Positions 1 to 15,993 of a stretch of DNA of 64,000 nt are shown one piece after another; position 1 is the stretch's first letter, and every line of letters begins with the position of its first letter. The translations under genes were made by a program, and so were the position numbers. Source of the DNA: an uncultured Holophagales bacterium (GTDB lineage: Bacteria > Acidobacteriota > Thermoanaerobaculia > Multivoradales > UBA5704); contig CAWJGT010000023.1 in NCBI GenBank assembly GCA_963842525.1, positions 128,001 through 192,000 of the forward strand, read 5' to 3'. The notes under the pieces were generated by a model. The model did no database searches. It saw nothing but the letters and a program-made list of their open reading frames with translations, and was not told the DNA's origin.

Positions 1-2011
1 AGTGAACATCACGTACGCCAAGCCGTCCGCCGAAACCGGTAACCCCAAGGCGCTGTCGGGACAGCGAGCGAACGCCGCCAGATCCAGGTCCACCACCTGC
101 CGGTGGCCGCTCAGGGCTGCCGCCACGGCCCCGTGCGACACCAGAACCTCCACCTCCGTCGCCATCCGCTTCAGCCGCTCCAGCGGGTACGACGGATCGA
201 GCGGCAGATACGCCCCGCCGGCCTTGAGAACGCCCAGCAGCACCGCCACCAGCTCAGCGCTCTTCTCCAGCAGTACGCCCACCTGCGATTCGTGCCCCAC
301 TCCGAGATCCCGCAGATGGTGAGCGATCCGGTTCGAACCAGCGGTCCAGCTCGCCGTAGCTCAGCGCTCCTCCGCCCCACACCAGCGCCACCGCCTCCGG
401 CCTCGCCGCCGCTTGCACCGCGAACAGCTCGTGGATCACGACGGCGAGAGCCTCGGGAGCTCTCGCCGCCCTGGCTGACACCGACTCATGAACCGGCTGG
501 ATCCTGTTCACACCGACCGCTGTGTCGTTCCATTCCACCGCGAGCTGGTGGACCTCCTGCGACGACAGCAGGGGCAGGCCGCCGATGGGACAGTCCGGCT
601 CCGCCACAGCAGCCTCCAGCAAGCGCCGGAAGTGCGTTGCCATCCGCGCCAGAGTGGCGGGATGGAACAGCGCTGTCCGGTATCGGAACCGGCCGCGCAT
701 CCCATCGGAAGTTTCGGTGAGCTCGAGGGTCAGCTCGAACTGGGCAGCGCTGCCGCCGATCTCCAGCGGCGTCATCGCGACGGCGCCTGCGCGCCGGGCC
801 GGTAGAGCATTCTGGAGCAGGAGCATCACCTGGAACAGAGGGCTGTGGCTCAGCTCGCGCTCGGGCTGCAGCTCCTCGACCAGCCGTTCGAAGGGCAGAT
901 CCTGCTGCGCGTAGGCACCCAGAGCGGTCTCCCGCACACGGCCCAGGAGATCGCTGAAGGAAGGATCCCCTGAGAGGTCCAGCCGCAACACCAGGGTATT
1001 GACGAAGAACCCAATGAGGTCCTCGATGTCCCTACGATTCCGGTTGGCCACCGGACTCCCCACAGCGAGATCGGTCCGGCCTGAGTAACGCGACAGCAGC
1101 ACCGCCAACACGGCGAGGAGAGTCATGAACAAGGTCGCCCCGTGCCGTTCGCCGAAAGTCTTCGTGCCATCGACCAGCGACGGGGAAAGAGTCCAGGCCA
1201 GAGCCGAGCCGCGGAAATCGGTCTCTATCGATCGCGGCCGGTCGAGAGGCAGATCGAACGACGGCCTGCTGCCTTCCAGCCGCTGCCGCCAGTAGGCGAT
1301 TTGAGCCTCCAGAACCTCGCCCCTGAGCCACTGGGCCTGCCAGGCGGCGAAGTCGGCGTACTGGATCGGCAACTCGGGGAGGGCGTCGGGCCGGCCCGTG
1401 GAGAAGGCATCGTAGAGGAGTGATAGCTCGCGCAGGAATACCGCGACGGACCAGCCGTCGCAGACGATGTGATGCGCGACCACCGATAATACATGGCGCT
1501 CCCTCCCTAACCGCATGAGCACCGTGCGCAGGAGGGGGCTGCGGGCCAGATCGAACGGCCTCTCCACGAGCTCGGCGGCCAGGCCGAGGGCCCGCCCCTC
1601 GCGCCCGGGCGCGGGCAAAGCCTCAAGATCGATCAGCGGCAGGCTCAGGATCAGCGAGGGCGCCACCGCCTGAACCGGCCTGCCCTCGACGTTAAGGAAA
1701 ACCGCCCTCAGGGTCTCATGGCGAGCGACGATCCGATTCAGGCTGCGAAGGAGCGCCGCGACATCGAAGGGGCCAGACAGGCCAATCGCTGCGGCTGTTG
1801 TGTAGAGCGGTACACTGGGAAGGAGCTGTTCCAGGAACCAGAGGCGCTGCTGAGCGAAGGAGAGCGGATGGTTCGTAGGATCGCTCCGGCGTACGATCTC
1901 CCTTTCCTGAAAGCCTGCCTTGCGCTTGCCGACCAGGAGGAGCTCGAGCCGAGCGCGCTCCTCAAGAGAGAGAGCCGCGACCTGATGAAGGAGCCCGCTC
2001 CTGTCGGCCAT
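1..2011 (-). CDS. NRPS (C domain + start of A domain), runs off window; apparent frameshift near 335
   Basis: LSFAQQRLWFL, HHIVCDGWS condensation motif, IGFFVNTLVLR; A-domain motifs LKAGGAYLPLDP and LAYVMFT continue in another frame to position 1; ATG at 2011. Confidence 0.9.
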
Positions 2012-2015
2012 CACT

Positions 2016-7413
<5,398 letters not shown>

Positions 7414-7430
7414 GTTGCGACCACGTCCGT

Positions 7431-9878
7431 CTATTCGGCTCGCAGGACTTCGACCGCTTCGATGCGGGTGACCCGCCAGGCCGGGATGAAGCTCGCGGCG
7501 AGAGCGACCCCCAGGAGCACCAGACAGGTCGCGGCCAGAACGAGCGGATCGGCGGCGCTCACGCCGTGGAGGAAGCGCGCCAGCACGCGGGCCAGCGCGA
7601 GGGCCGCCGGCACGCCCGCGGCCAGGCCGAGAAGCGCCAGCACCGCGCCCCGGCGCACCATCAGCCGCAGCACGTCCCGGCGCAGCGCGCCCAGGGCCAT
7701 GCGGATGCCGATCTCCCGCCGGCGCTGGGCGACCGCAAAGGAGACCACCCCGTAGATCCCGACCGCGGCCAGGACCAGCGCCAGCAGCGCGAAGAGGCTC
7801 ATGGTGAGGACCAGGAAACGGTCGCGGGCGGTCTGCCGGTCCAGCCGCTGCTCCATGGTCGCGGCATCATACACGGCGAGGTCCGGCGCGATCGCCCGCA
7901 CCTCGCGCCGCAGGGCCTGCACCAGGCCCGGGGCGGACGCGCCGGTCTGGCGGACCAGGAAGTTGAGCGTAGGCGGCGTGCGCGGCGGCGATTGCAGCAG
8001 CGCGAGATAGACATCCGGTGCGGGCCGCTCCTCGCTCCCCAGACCCTGGTGCCGGATGTCGGCGACCACCCCCACCACGGTGAGCCAGGGAGTCATGTCC
8101 GCCGGCTTGAGGCGCAGGCCGATCGGGTTCTGCCCCGGCCAGAACCGCTGCGCCACCGCCTCGCTCACGACCGCCGCCCCGGTCGACCGCTCATCCTCGC
8201 CGGGAAGGAAGTCGCGTCCGCGCAGCATGGGGATGCCGAGGGTCGCGAAATAGCCCGGGCTCACGTGGTGGTAGAGCAACACGACCGGCAGTTGCGTGGC
8301 AGGGGCGCCGCGGCTCTCCAGGACGTAGTCGTAGCCGTGCCAGTCGTCCGTGGGGATGCCGGGACCCGCCAGGGCCACGGCGCCCACGCCGGGCACGTGC
8401 GGCAGGCGCTCCAGGAGCTGGCGCGCGAGCTGCCGGACGATCCCGTCATCGGCATAGCGCTCCCCCTTGAGGTCGATCCGCAGGGTGAGGAGGTTCTCCG
8501 TCCGGAAGCCCAGGTCGGTGCTGCGCAGCCGCTGGAAACCCCGGATCGTCAGACCTGCGCCGAGCAGGAGGACCAAAGCCAGGGCCACCTCGGCGGCGAC
8601 CAGTGAGCCGAGGAACCGGCTGCGGCCCGGCCCCGCCGATCCCCGGCCGCCCTCCTGCAGGGCCGTGCCGAGGTTGACCTCCGAGGCGAGCCAGGCCGGC
8701 GCCAGGCCGAACCCCAGGGCGCAAAGCAGAGACACTGCGAGAATGACGGCGATCACCGGCAGGCCGACCCCGAGCTCGATGAAGCTGCGGAAGTCGACGG
8801 CGCTTGCGGCGACCAGGAGGCCCGTGGACCAGTGGGCGAAGAGCAGGCCCAGGACACCCCCGGCCAGGGCGAGGATCGCGCTCTCGCTCAGGAGCTGCCG
8901 GATCAGCCGGCGCCGGTGGGCTCCCAGCACCGCGCGCAGCGAGATCTCGCGCTGGCGCACCGCGGCCCGGGCGAGGAGCAGCCCCGCGACATTGGTGCAG
9001 GCGATCAGGAGGACGAAGAGGGCGCCCCCCAGCAGCGTGAGCAGGGCGAAGCGCAGGTTGCCGAACCAGGCCTCGCGCACCGGTTTGAGGCGCACGCCGA
9101 TCCCCAGGTTGGCGCGCGGGTTCTGCTGCGCCAGCTCGGCGGTGATGCCGTCCATCTCGGCCTGCGCCTGCTCGATCGAGACCCCGGGCCGCAGGCGCCC
9201 CGCTGCCGCGAGCCAGCGGATGCCACGCCGCTTCAGATAGTCGGGCGAGATGACGCTCGCCGCCGAGGCCACCGGAAGCCAGATCTCCGCCTTGTCCGTC
9301 AGCCCCTGGAAACCGGGCGGCAGGACTCCCACGACCTCGAACCGCTGTCCGTTGAGCAGGAGGGAGGAGCCCACGAAAGACCGCTCCCGGCCGGCGAGGC
9401 GCTGCCAGAGGCCGTGGCTCACGAGCGCGACCGGCAGGGCTCCCGCGACATCATCGTCCTCGACGATCAGCCGCCCTGCGGCGGCCTTGAGCCCCAGCAG
9501 GCGGAAGTACTCCGCCGAGACCATCTCGCCCAGGAGGTGCTCGGGCCGGCCGCCCGCCAGGAGGTTGAAGGAGCGGGGCTCGCTATAGACGGCGAGGGCC
9601 GCGAAGGACTCGCTGGCCTCCTGCCAGTCCAGGAAATCGCGGTAGGAGCTCGGGACCTCGTCCACCTCGGACCCCTCGGTCAGGGTGCCCGCGAGCAGCA
9701 CGAGCCGGTCCGGCTCCGGGTACGGCAGGGCCGACAGCAACACGGCCTGCACCACGATCCAGACCGCGGTCGTGGCCCCCACGCCCAGCGCCAGGGTGAG
9801 GACCGCGACGGCCGTGAAGCCGGGGTGCCGGACCAGGGTCCGCAAGCCGAAACGGAGGTCGCGCCAGACGTTCTCCAT
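7431..9878 (-). CDS. ABC-type permease with duplicated MacB/FtsX domains (ADOP family)
   Basis: DLRFGLRTL..PGFTAVAVLTLALGVGA start, IACTNVAGLLLAR, RRREIGIRMALGA; 815 aa. Confidence 0.9.
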   Translation of the reverse strand: MENVWRDLRFGLRTLVRHPGFTAVAVLTLALGVGATTAVWIVVQAVLLSALPYPEPDRLVLLAGTLTEGSEVDEVPSSYRDFLDWQEASESFAALAVYSEPRSFNLLAGGRPEHLLGEMVSAEYFRLLGLKAAAGRLIVEDDDVAGALPVALVSHGLWQRLAGRERSFVGSSLLLNGQRFEVVGVLPPGFQGLTDKAEIWLPVASAASVISPDYLKRRGIRWLAAAGRLRPGVSIEQAQAEMDGITAELAQQNPRANLGIGVRLKPVREAWFGNLRFALLTLLGGALFVLLIACTNVAGLLLARAAVRQREISLRAVLGAHRRRLIRQLLSESAILALAGGVLGLLFAHWSTGLLVAASAVDFRSFIELGVGLPVIAVILAVSLLCALGFGLAPAWLASEVNLGTALQEGGRGSAGPGRSRFLGSLVAAEVALALVLLLGAGLTIRGFQRLRSTDLGFRTENLLTLRIDLKGERYADDGIVRQLARQLLERLPHVPGVGAVALAGPGIPTDDWHGYDYVLESRGAPATQLPVVLLYHHVSPGYFATLGIPMLRGRDFLPGEDERSTGAAVVSEAVAQRFWPGQNPIGLRLKPADMTPWLTVVGVVADIRHQGLGSEERPAPDVYLALLQSPPRTPPTLNFLVRQTGASAPGLVQALRREVRAIAPDLAVYDAATMEQRLDRQTARDRFLVLTMSLFALLALVLAAVGIYGVVSFAVAQRRREIGIRMALGALRRDVLRLMVRRGAVLALLGLAAGVPAALALARVLARFLHGVSAADPLVLAATCLVLLGVALAASFIPAWRVTRIEAVEVLRAE

Positions 9879-9921
9879 GTCCTTAATAGTGCCGAGAAGC
9901 CCCGAAATGAGCCCCGCGGCC

Positions 9922-10737
9922 CTACCTCATCAAGACTGTATACGGTTGGCCGGCGACTTTGTATGACGCGGCCCGGCTTCCGGCGAGAATCGCGGAGGTG
10001 GGATGGGCGCGGGCGCGGGTGTCCCGGGTCGGTAGCCAGACATGGTCCCGCCGCACCACGATCAGCAGACGGTGCTCGTCCCCCACCGGCACCAAAGTGG
10101 CCGACCCCGGCCGGTAGACAGGAAGCCCCAGGCGGTCGCCCAGCGAAGCGACCTCGGCGCCAACGTCGTCCACCACCAGGCCGATCTCGCTGGCATAGAG
10201 GATCTCCTCCTCCGAGAACGGTCCGGAGGTGGCGTTCCGGAGGTTGTGCCGGGCGATGAGCTCGACGATGTTGCCGGCGGGATCGTGGAAGTAGATGGAG
10301 TGGGCGTTCCAGCTCTCGAAGTGAAACACTTCGCGTCCCTCCTTGGTCATGAGCGGAACGGGGGGGACCCGCCGGCTGAGCCACTCCGTGGCCGCCGCGA
10401 GCTTGTTCTCCGGGATGTTGAACGCGAAGTGGTAGATGGGGTGGCCGTGCTCGGGTCCCGCCTGGAGGAAGGTGAGGTGGGTCCCGCCTGCCTGGATCGT
10501 GATCCGGCCGGCGGTCTCCTCCACGACAGGCAGATGGAGCGTCCGAGCATAGAAGTCGCGTTGCCGGTCGAGCTGGCGGGCCAACAGCTCGAGCTCCAGG
10601 ATGCCCCGGGCGCCCCCGGGGCCGGCGGATATCGAGGGTTTCACAAGCTCTCCCAGCACAAGCCCCGGCAGCGCGGCGCCCAGGAGCCGGCATAGCTCAC
10701 GGCGACTAAGATCCCGGAAGCCATCGACTCTCTGCAT
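9922..10737 (-). CDS. VOC/glyoxalase-family protein with probable Tat signal
   Basis: SRRELCRLLG twin-arginine motif; YHFAFNIP, SIYFHDPAGNIVELIAR. Confidence 0.8.
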   Translation of the reverse strand: MQRVDGFRDLSRRELCRLLGAALPGLVLGELVKPSISAGPGGARGILELELLARQLDRQRDFYARTLHLPVVEETAGRITIQAGGTHLTFLQAGPEHGHPIYHFAFNIPENKLAAATEWLSRRVPPVPLMTKEGREVFHFESWNAHSIYFHDPAGNIVELIARHNLRNATSGPFSEEEILYASEIGLVVDDVGAEVASLGDRLGLPVYRPGSATLVPVGDEHRLLIVVRRDHVWLPTRDTRARAHPTSAILAGSRAASYKVAGQPYTVLMR

Positions 10738-10750
10738 GACCTGCCCAAGA

Positions 10751-13459
10751 TCAGGAAACCATCGGGTACGCCTTCTCCGCATCGACCCCGAGCTCGCCGA
10801 TCGCCTGCTGCGCCCGGTTGCGGTCCACTGCGCCGAAGCGGGCGAGTTGGAAGAGGGCGGCGATGGCGATGCTCTCGGCGTCGATCTCGAAGAAGCGGCG
10901 CAACGCTTCGCGGGTTTCGCTCCGGCCAAAGCCGTCGGTGCCCAGGGCGAAGAACCGGTGCGGCAGCCAGCGCGCGATCTGGTCGGGGACCAGCTTCATG
11001 TAGTCGGTCACCGCAATGATCGGCGCCTGGTCCCCCTCGAAGAGGGAGGCGACGTAGGGCTTCCGCTCCTCCTGATCGGGATGGAGCATGTTCCAGCGCT
11101 CGGTCTCCAGGGCGTCGGCGCGAAGCTGCTTGTAGCTCGTGGCGCTCCAGACGTCGGCGGCCACGCCGAAGCGCTCGGCGAGGATCTGCTGCGCTCGCAG
11201 GGCCTGGCCGAGGATCGTGCCGCTGCCCAGGAGATGGACCCGCGGGCGCTCCGCCGGGCCGTCCGGCGCCTCCTTGAACTTGTAGAGGCCCTTCAAGATC
11301 CCCTCGTCGATCTCTGCCCCGCCCGGCTTGTGCGGCATCGGATAGTTCTCGTTGTAGAGGGTGATGTAGTAGAAGATGTCCTCCCGGTCCTCGCACATCC
11401 GTTTCAGGCCGTCCTGGATGATGACCGCCAGCTCGTAGGCATAGGCCGGATCGTAGGCCCGCAGGTTCGGCACGACGGCCGCCAGCACGTGGCTGTGGCC
11501 GTCCTCATGCTGCAACCCCTCGCCGTTGAGCGTGGTGCGGCCGGCCGTGGCACCGAGCAGGAAGCCGCGGACGCGCTGGTCCGCGGCGGCCCAAATCAGG
11601 TCGCCGACGCGCTGGAAGCCGAACATCGAGTAGAAGATGAAAAACGGGATGGCGTCGATCCCATGCGTGGCATAGGAGGTCCCGGCGGCGATGAACGAGG
11701 CCATTGAGCCGGCCTCGGTGATCCCCTCCTCCAGGATCTGGCCCTCCTTGGCCTCCCGGTAGTAGAGGAGCATGGTCTTGTCCACCGGCTCGTAGAGTTG
11801 GCCGACGTGCGAGTAGATGCCGAACTGCCGGAAGAGCGACTCCATGCCGAAGGTGCGCGCCTCGTCCGGCACGATCGGCACCACCCGGGAGCCGATCTCC
11901 TTGTCCTTCATGAGCTGGGTCAGCATCTGGACGAAGACCATCGTCGTCGAAACGTCGCGGTCGACCCCTTCGGAGAAGCGCTCCCAGATCCCGGCCTGCG
12001 GCACCGGCAGCGGCTCCTTGCGCACGCGGCGGCTGGGCACGGAGCCGCCCAGGCGGCTGCGGCAGTCCTTCAGGTACTGGACCTCGGGGCTGTCCTCGCC
12101 TGGGTGGTAAAAGGCGGCTTCGGCCACCTGCTGATCGGTCAGCGGCAGCTCGAAGCGGTCGCGGAAGAAGCGCAGCTCGTCCTCGCTGAGCTTCTTCTGC
12201 TGGTGGGTGACGTTGCGTCCCTCCCCCGCCTCGCCCATGCCGTAGCCCTTGACGGTCTTGGCCAGGATCACCGTCGGCGACCCCTGGTGCTCGACGGCTG
12301 CCTTGTAGGCGGCGTTGACCTTGATCGGATCGTGGCCGCCGCGGCGCAGGCTGTGGAGCTGGTCGTCGGCATAGCCCTTGACCAGCTCGAGAAGCTCCGG
12401 GTACTTGCCGAAGAAATGCTGGCGGACATAGGAGCCGGGCTCGACCACGTACTTCTGGTACTCGCCGTCGAGGACCTCGTTCATGCGCTGGATCAGCAGA
12501 CCGGTGTTGTCCGCCTCGATGAGCGGGTCCCAGTCGCCCCCCCAGATGACCTTGAGGACGTTCCAGCCGGCGCCGCGGAAGGCGGTCTCGAGCTCCTGGA
12601 TGATCTTGCCGTTGCCGCGCACCGGGCCGTCGAGCCGTTGCAGGTTGCAGTTGATGACAAAGATCAGGTTGTCGAGCTTCTCGCGGGAGGCCAGGGTGAT
12701 GGCGCCCAAGGCCTCGGGCTCGTCGGTCTCGCCGTCGCCGAGGAAGGCCCAGATCTTGCGCCCCTGGGAATCGCGCAGGCCGCGGTCGCGCAGGTAGCGG
12801 TTGAACTTGGCCTGGTAGATGGCGCAGAGCGGCCCCAGGCCCATGGAGACCGTGGGGAACTCCCAGTAGTCGGGCATCAGCCAGGGATGGGGATACGAGG
12901 AGAGGCCGCCGGCCACGGTGAGCTCGCGCCGGAAGCCCTCCATCTGCTCGCGGCTGATCCGCCCTTCGAGGAAGGAGTAGGCGTAGATGCCGGGCGAGCC
13001 ATGGCCCTGGATGTAGACCATGTCCTGGTCGAAGCCCTGCTCGCCGCGTCCGCGGAAGAAGTGATGGAGACCGACCTGATAGAGGGTGGCCGAGGAGGCG
13101 AAGGTCGAGATGTGTCCGCCCAGGCCGGGGAACTTCTTGTTCGCCTGGACCACCAGGGCCATGGCGTTCCAGCGGACGATGCTCTTGATGCGCCGCTCGA
13201 TGGCCCGGTCGCCCGGATAGGGAGGCTGCTTGGCGGCAGGAATGCTGTTGATGTAGGGCGTATTGCCGGTGAAGGGAAGGATGACGTCCTTTTCGTAACC
13301 CTTCTCCAGCAGCTTCTTCAAGAGGAAGCAGGCCCGCTCGCGCCCCTCGGCCGCGACGACCTGCTCGAAGGCGGTCAGCCACTCCTCGGTCTCGTTCACG
13401 TCCGTATCGCGACCTCCGCCCGTGTACCAGTTGAGCGGAGCGCTGTAGTCGTTGCTCAT
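10751..13459 (-). CDS. aceE: Pyruvate dehydrogenase E1, homodimeric type
   Basis: GGHISTFAS, SSYPHPWLMP, GDGETDEPE TPP motif, NCNLQRLDGPV, GEGLQHEDG. Confidence 0.97.
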   Translation of the reverse strand: MSNDYSAPLNWYTGGGRDTDVNETEEWLTAFEQVVAAEGRERACFLLKKLLEKGYEKDVILPFTGNTPYINSIPAAKQPPYPGDRAIERRIKSIVRWNAMALVVQANKKFPGLGGHISTFASSATLYQVGLHHFFRGRGEQGFDQDMVYIQGHGSPGIYAYSFLEGRISREQMEGFRRELTVAGGLSSYPHPWLMPDYWEFPTVSMGLGPLCAIYQAKFNRYLRDRGLRDSQGRKIWAFLGDGETDEPEALGAITLASREKLDNLIFVINCNLQRLDGPVRGNGKIIQELETAFRGAGWNVLKVIWGGDWDPLIEADNTGLLIQRMNEVLDGEYQKYVVEPGSYVRQHFFGKYPELLELVKGYADDQLHSLRRGGHDPIKVNAAYKAAVEHQGSPTVILAKTVKGYGMGEAGEGRNVTHQQKKLSEDELRFFRDRFELPLTDQQVAEAAFYHPGEDSPEVQYLKDCRSRLGGSVPSRRVRKEPLPVPQAGIWERFSEGVDRDVSTTMVFVQMLTQLMKDKEIGSRVVPIVPDEARTFGMESLFRQFGIYSHVGQLYEPVDKTMLLYYREAKEGQILEEGITEAGSMASFIAAGTSYATHGIDAIPFFIFYSMFGFQRVGDLIWAAADQRVRGFLLGATAGRTTLNGEGLQHEDGHSHVLAAVVPNLRAYDPAYAYELAVIIQDGLKRMCEDREDIFYYITLYNENYPMPHKPGGAEIDEGILKGLYKFKEAPDGPAERPRVHLLGSGTILGQALRAQQILAERFGVAADVWSATSYKQLRADALETERWNMLHPDQEERKPYVASLFEGDQAPIIAVTDYMKLVPDQIARWLPHRFFALGTDGFGRSETREALRRFFEIDAESIAIAALFQLARFGAVDRNRAQQAIGELGVDAEKAYPMVS

Positions 13460-13576
13460 GGATCGACCTCCTCACGTCCGGCCGCGGCGGTGTCCCGCGG
13501 GAAGAGGATAGATTGTCACGTCTCTCCGCCCCCTGCCAATCGCATCCCGTAGAATCCGGGGCGGAGAGGGGAAGCG

Positions 13577-13967
13577 ATGCTGTTCCTGGAAATCGTCGAC
13601 AAGAAGAACGGCCACTGGATGAACGAGGTCTCCACCGTTCTCGATGAAGAGCTGCTGGACTATTTCGCCCGCTTCAACGAATACCCAGCCTTCCAGGAGC
13701 TGCGCCTCCTCGACCCTTACGACGACACCCTGCTCGGCCCGCCGAGGTGCCGGCAGCTCAAGGCGGAGATCGCGGCGATGGCGCCGCTCGTTCGAACGGC
13801 GGGAGCTCCCCGAGCCGCCGGCCTACGTAGGGCTGGAGGAGACCGGAGACATCCGGGTCGGGGACGAGCTCGGCTGGCCGGGCCTCCAGGAGTTCCTCAC
13901 CCGTCTCCACCGCCTCCTCGCCCTGGCAGAGGATCCGGAGCTGGAGCTCTGGGCGATCGGGGAGTGA
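13577..13967 (+). CDS. Hypothetical protein (two frames joined by an apparent frameshift near 13795)
   Basis: ATG after GAGGGG; protein-like N-half in 13577 frame and C-half (ERRELPEPP..LWAIGE) in 13644 frame. Confidence 0.6.
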
Positions 13968-13971
13968 CCCC

Positions 13972-15363
13972 TTACGCGCTGATGCGCACCGCCGGGTCGC
14001 CGACGACGACGTAGTTGCGTGCGTCGTTGTGGGCCGTCCAGAGTCGGACCAGCTCACGGGGATCGACTACCTTTCCATACCGCTCCCCATCCAGCATCTG
14101 GGTCACCCGCACTGCAAGCTCGGCGTAGCGCTGGTTGAAGACCTCCATGGCGCCACCGACCGGCCAGCCGTCCAGCAGGAGCCCCAGGGTGTGCTCGAAC
14201 ACGTCCACCTGCCCCTCCAGGTTCCTGCCGAGGAACGAATGGCCCCAGGCGCGGTCGATATGGCCGATCACCGCTAGGGCGCCGCCATGCGGGTGCCCCA
14301 GCAACCGGCGCGGCAGCTTGGCGACGAGGTCGTGGGGCGCGATCTGCTTCGGCGGCTCTCCCTCCGTCCGGTGGGCAAAGTCATCGAGCTTCGGCGTCCC
14401 GGCGCCATGACAGGCAAAACAGAAGGCGATCAGGCCGTCGACCCGGGCGTCGTCCCCGACGTCGTCGGCCGAGAAATAGAAGGAGGGCGGGATGGCGCCC
14501 TGCCAAGCTTTGGGCCCGGGCCAATCCTGGCAGAGCAGGGCGCCCTGGTGCTCGAGCTGCCGCGGATCGTCCAGGCGAAAACCCATCCCGTGGCTGGCGG
14601 TGAAGAGCAGGGCCGGCGCATCGTTCCGCAGCATCTCGCCCAGGCGGGCCTTGGTCGCCTCTCCGGCCAGATGGGTCTGGACCTGCCAACCGTCCGCATC
14701 GGCCCCACCATCGGCCAAACGCTCCGCGAGCGGGGTCACCAGGTAGTCCGCGCTCAGCGGGGTCGCTCCGTCGTCCGCGTTGCGGGTCGCGAAGAACGCG
14801 ACCTCGCGGCTGCGGGCCATGCCGTCGGTCTCCGCCCGGACCACCGTCTGGGCATAGCGGGCATACTCCTCGACCGTGTCGAAACAGATGCGCCCAACAG
14901 CGCGCTGGACGTCGAGCTGGATCTGGAACGGATACGGGATCTCTTCCGGTCCGTCGGCGATCAGCAGGTAGTACGGCATCTGGTCGGGGTTGGCCATGCC
15001 TGTAACAACGCCATGGCGGTAGAGGAAGTTGTCCACGTCCTCGCCGGGCCGGTAGACATACTCCTGGTATCGCTGCCCGCGCTTCTTTCCCGCCTCCTGC
15101 CGCCGGTGCGCCAGGAGGGGGGCCAGGGCTTCGCGGATCTGGGGATCGGCGCCGTGCGGGAAGATGACGCCCCAACCGCTTGCCGCCAGGCTCTTGGGGT
15201 CCAGCCCAGGGATCACGCCCCGCGGCATCGGCCCGGCCCGGCGGCGCCGCAGGACACCAAGGATCTCGGTCTGGGTCATCGGCGGCAGCAGGTACTCTCC
15301 TGTCGAGCCGTCGATGCCGTTGAAAACGCAGACCTCCTCGGGTGCGGCTCCGTTCGTGCTCAT
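13972..15363 (-). CDS. Clan CD (C25/gingipain- or caspase-like) cysteine peptidase-like protein
   Basis: LLFTASHG and FACHG His/Cys dyad motifs, AVGRI and C-terminal YVVVGDPA typical of C25-like folds. Confidence 0.65.
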   Translation of the reverse strand: MSTNGAAPEEVCVFNGIDGSTGEYLLPPMTQTEILGVLRRRRAGPMPRGVIPGLDPKSLAASGWGVIFPHGADPQIREALAPLLAHRRQEAGKKRGQRYQEYVYRPGEDVDNFLYRHGVVTGMANPDQMPYYLLIADGPEEIPYPFQIQLDVQRAVGRICFDTVEEYARYAQTVVRAETDGMARSREVAFFATRNADDGATPLSADYLVTPLAERLADGGADADGWQVQTHLAGEATKARLGEMLRNDAPALLFTASHGMGFRLDDPRQLEHQGALLCQDWPGPKAWQGAIPPSFYFSADDVGDDARVDGLIAFCFACHGAGTPKLDDFAHRTEGEPPKQIAPHDLVAKLPRRLLGHPHGGALAVIGHIDRAWGHSFLGRNLEGQVDVFEHTLGLLLDGWPVGGAMEVFNQRYAELAVRVTQMLDGERYGKVVDPRELVRLWTAHNDARNYVVVGDPAVRISA

Positions 15364-15377
15364 GAGTCTCCTCTCGT

Positions 15378-15746
15378 TCAGCTCCGGGCAGGCAGCGAGT
15401 AGCTCACTCCGAGGGGTCCGCTGATGCGCCATGCGGACTCCCCGGAGGCGGACGGGTTGGGTGATCTCTCGAAGGTGATCTCGAGGTGGACCACCTGGCC
15501 GCGCACCTCGGGAGGTACGTCCTCGCCGTCCAAGAAGGTGTAATTCCACCAGATCCACCGCTCGTCGCCGACCAGGACGCTCTGCCGGGTGTCGGGCTCG
15601 CCCAGCAGGGCCGCGACCTCCGCCGCGCTCTTGCCGGCGACCAGCTCCCGGATCTGGTCGAACGACCGGTCCGAGCGGGCCGACGTCTTGTCGCAGGCGA
15701 ACGCCAGGACAAGCAGCCCCAGCGCGGCGCAGATCAGTTTCTTCAT
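15378..15746 (-). CDS. Lipoprotein, SmpA/OmlA(BamE)-like
   Basis: Lipobox LAFAC; GKSAAEVAALLGEP..WIW pattern. Confidence 0.7.
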   Translation of the reverse strand: MKKLICAALGLLVLAFACDKTSARSDRSFDQIRELVAGKSAAEVAALLGEPDTRQSVLVGDERWIWWNYTFLDGEDVPPEVRGQVVHLEITFERSPNPSASGESAWRISGPLGVSYSLPARS

Positions 15747-15758
15747 CGACTCTGCTCC

Positions 15759-15926
15759 TCAGCTTTCTTCATCGCCACCGGGGAACGAAGGCGGCTCCAC
15801 GATGGGCGGCGGCGGAGTGGTCGGCTCGGTGGAGGGAGGCGTCGGTGGCTCCCAGTCCCGGTCCCGGGGATCGATTTCAGTATCCGGATTCGTGCCATAG
15901 GTCTGCGGCTGTGGTTGCTGGGCCAT
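15759..15926 (-). CDS. 55-aa Pro/acidic-rich small protein (not in ORF track)
   Basis: Read manually: MAQQPQPQTYGTNPDTEIDPRDRDWEPPTPPSTEPTTPPPPIVEPPSFPGGDEES*, preceded by GAAAGGAG RBS; fills the gap between co-oriented genes. Confidence 0.7.
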   Translation of the reverse strand: MAQQPQPQTYGTNPDTEIDPRDRDWEPPTPPSTEPTTPPPPIVEPPSFPGGDEES

Positions 15927-15993
15927 GACGATCTCCTTTCTGAGGAATGTCGTCGACGTTCTCTCGGGAAGACACCCTTAGAGGACAGGATGT

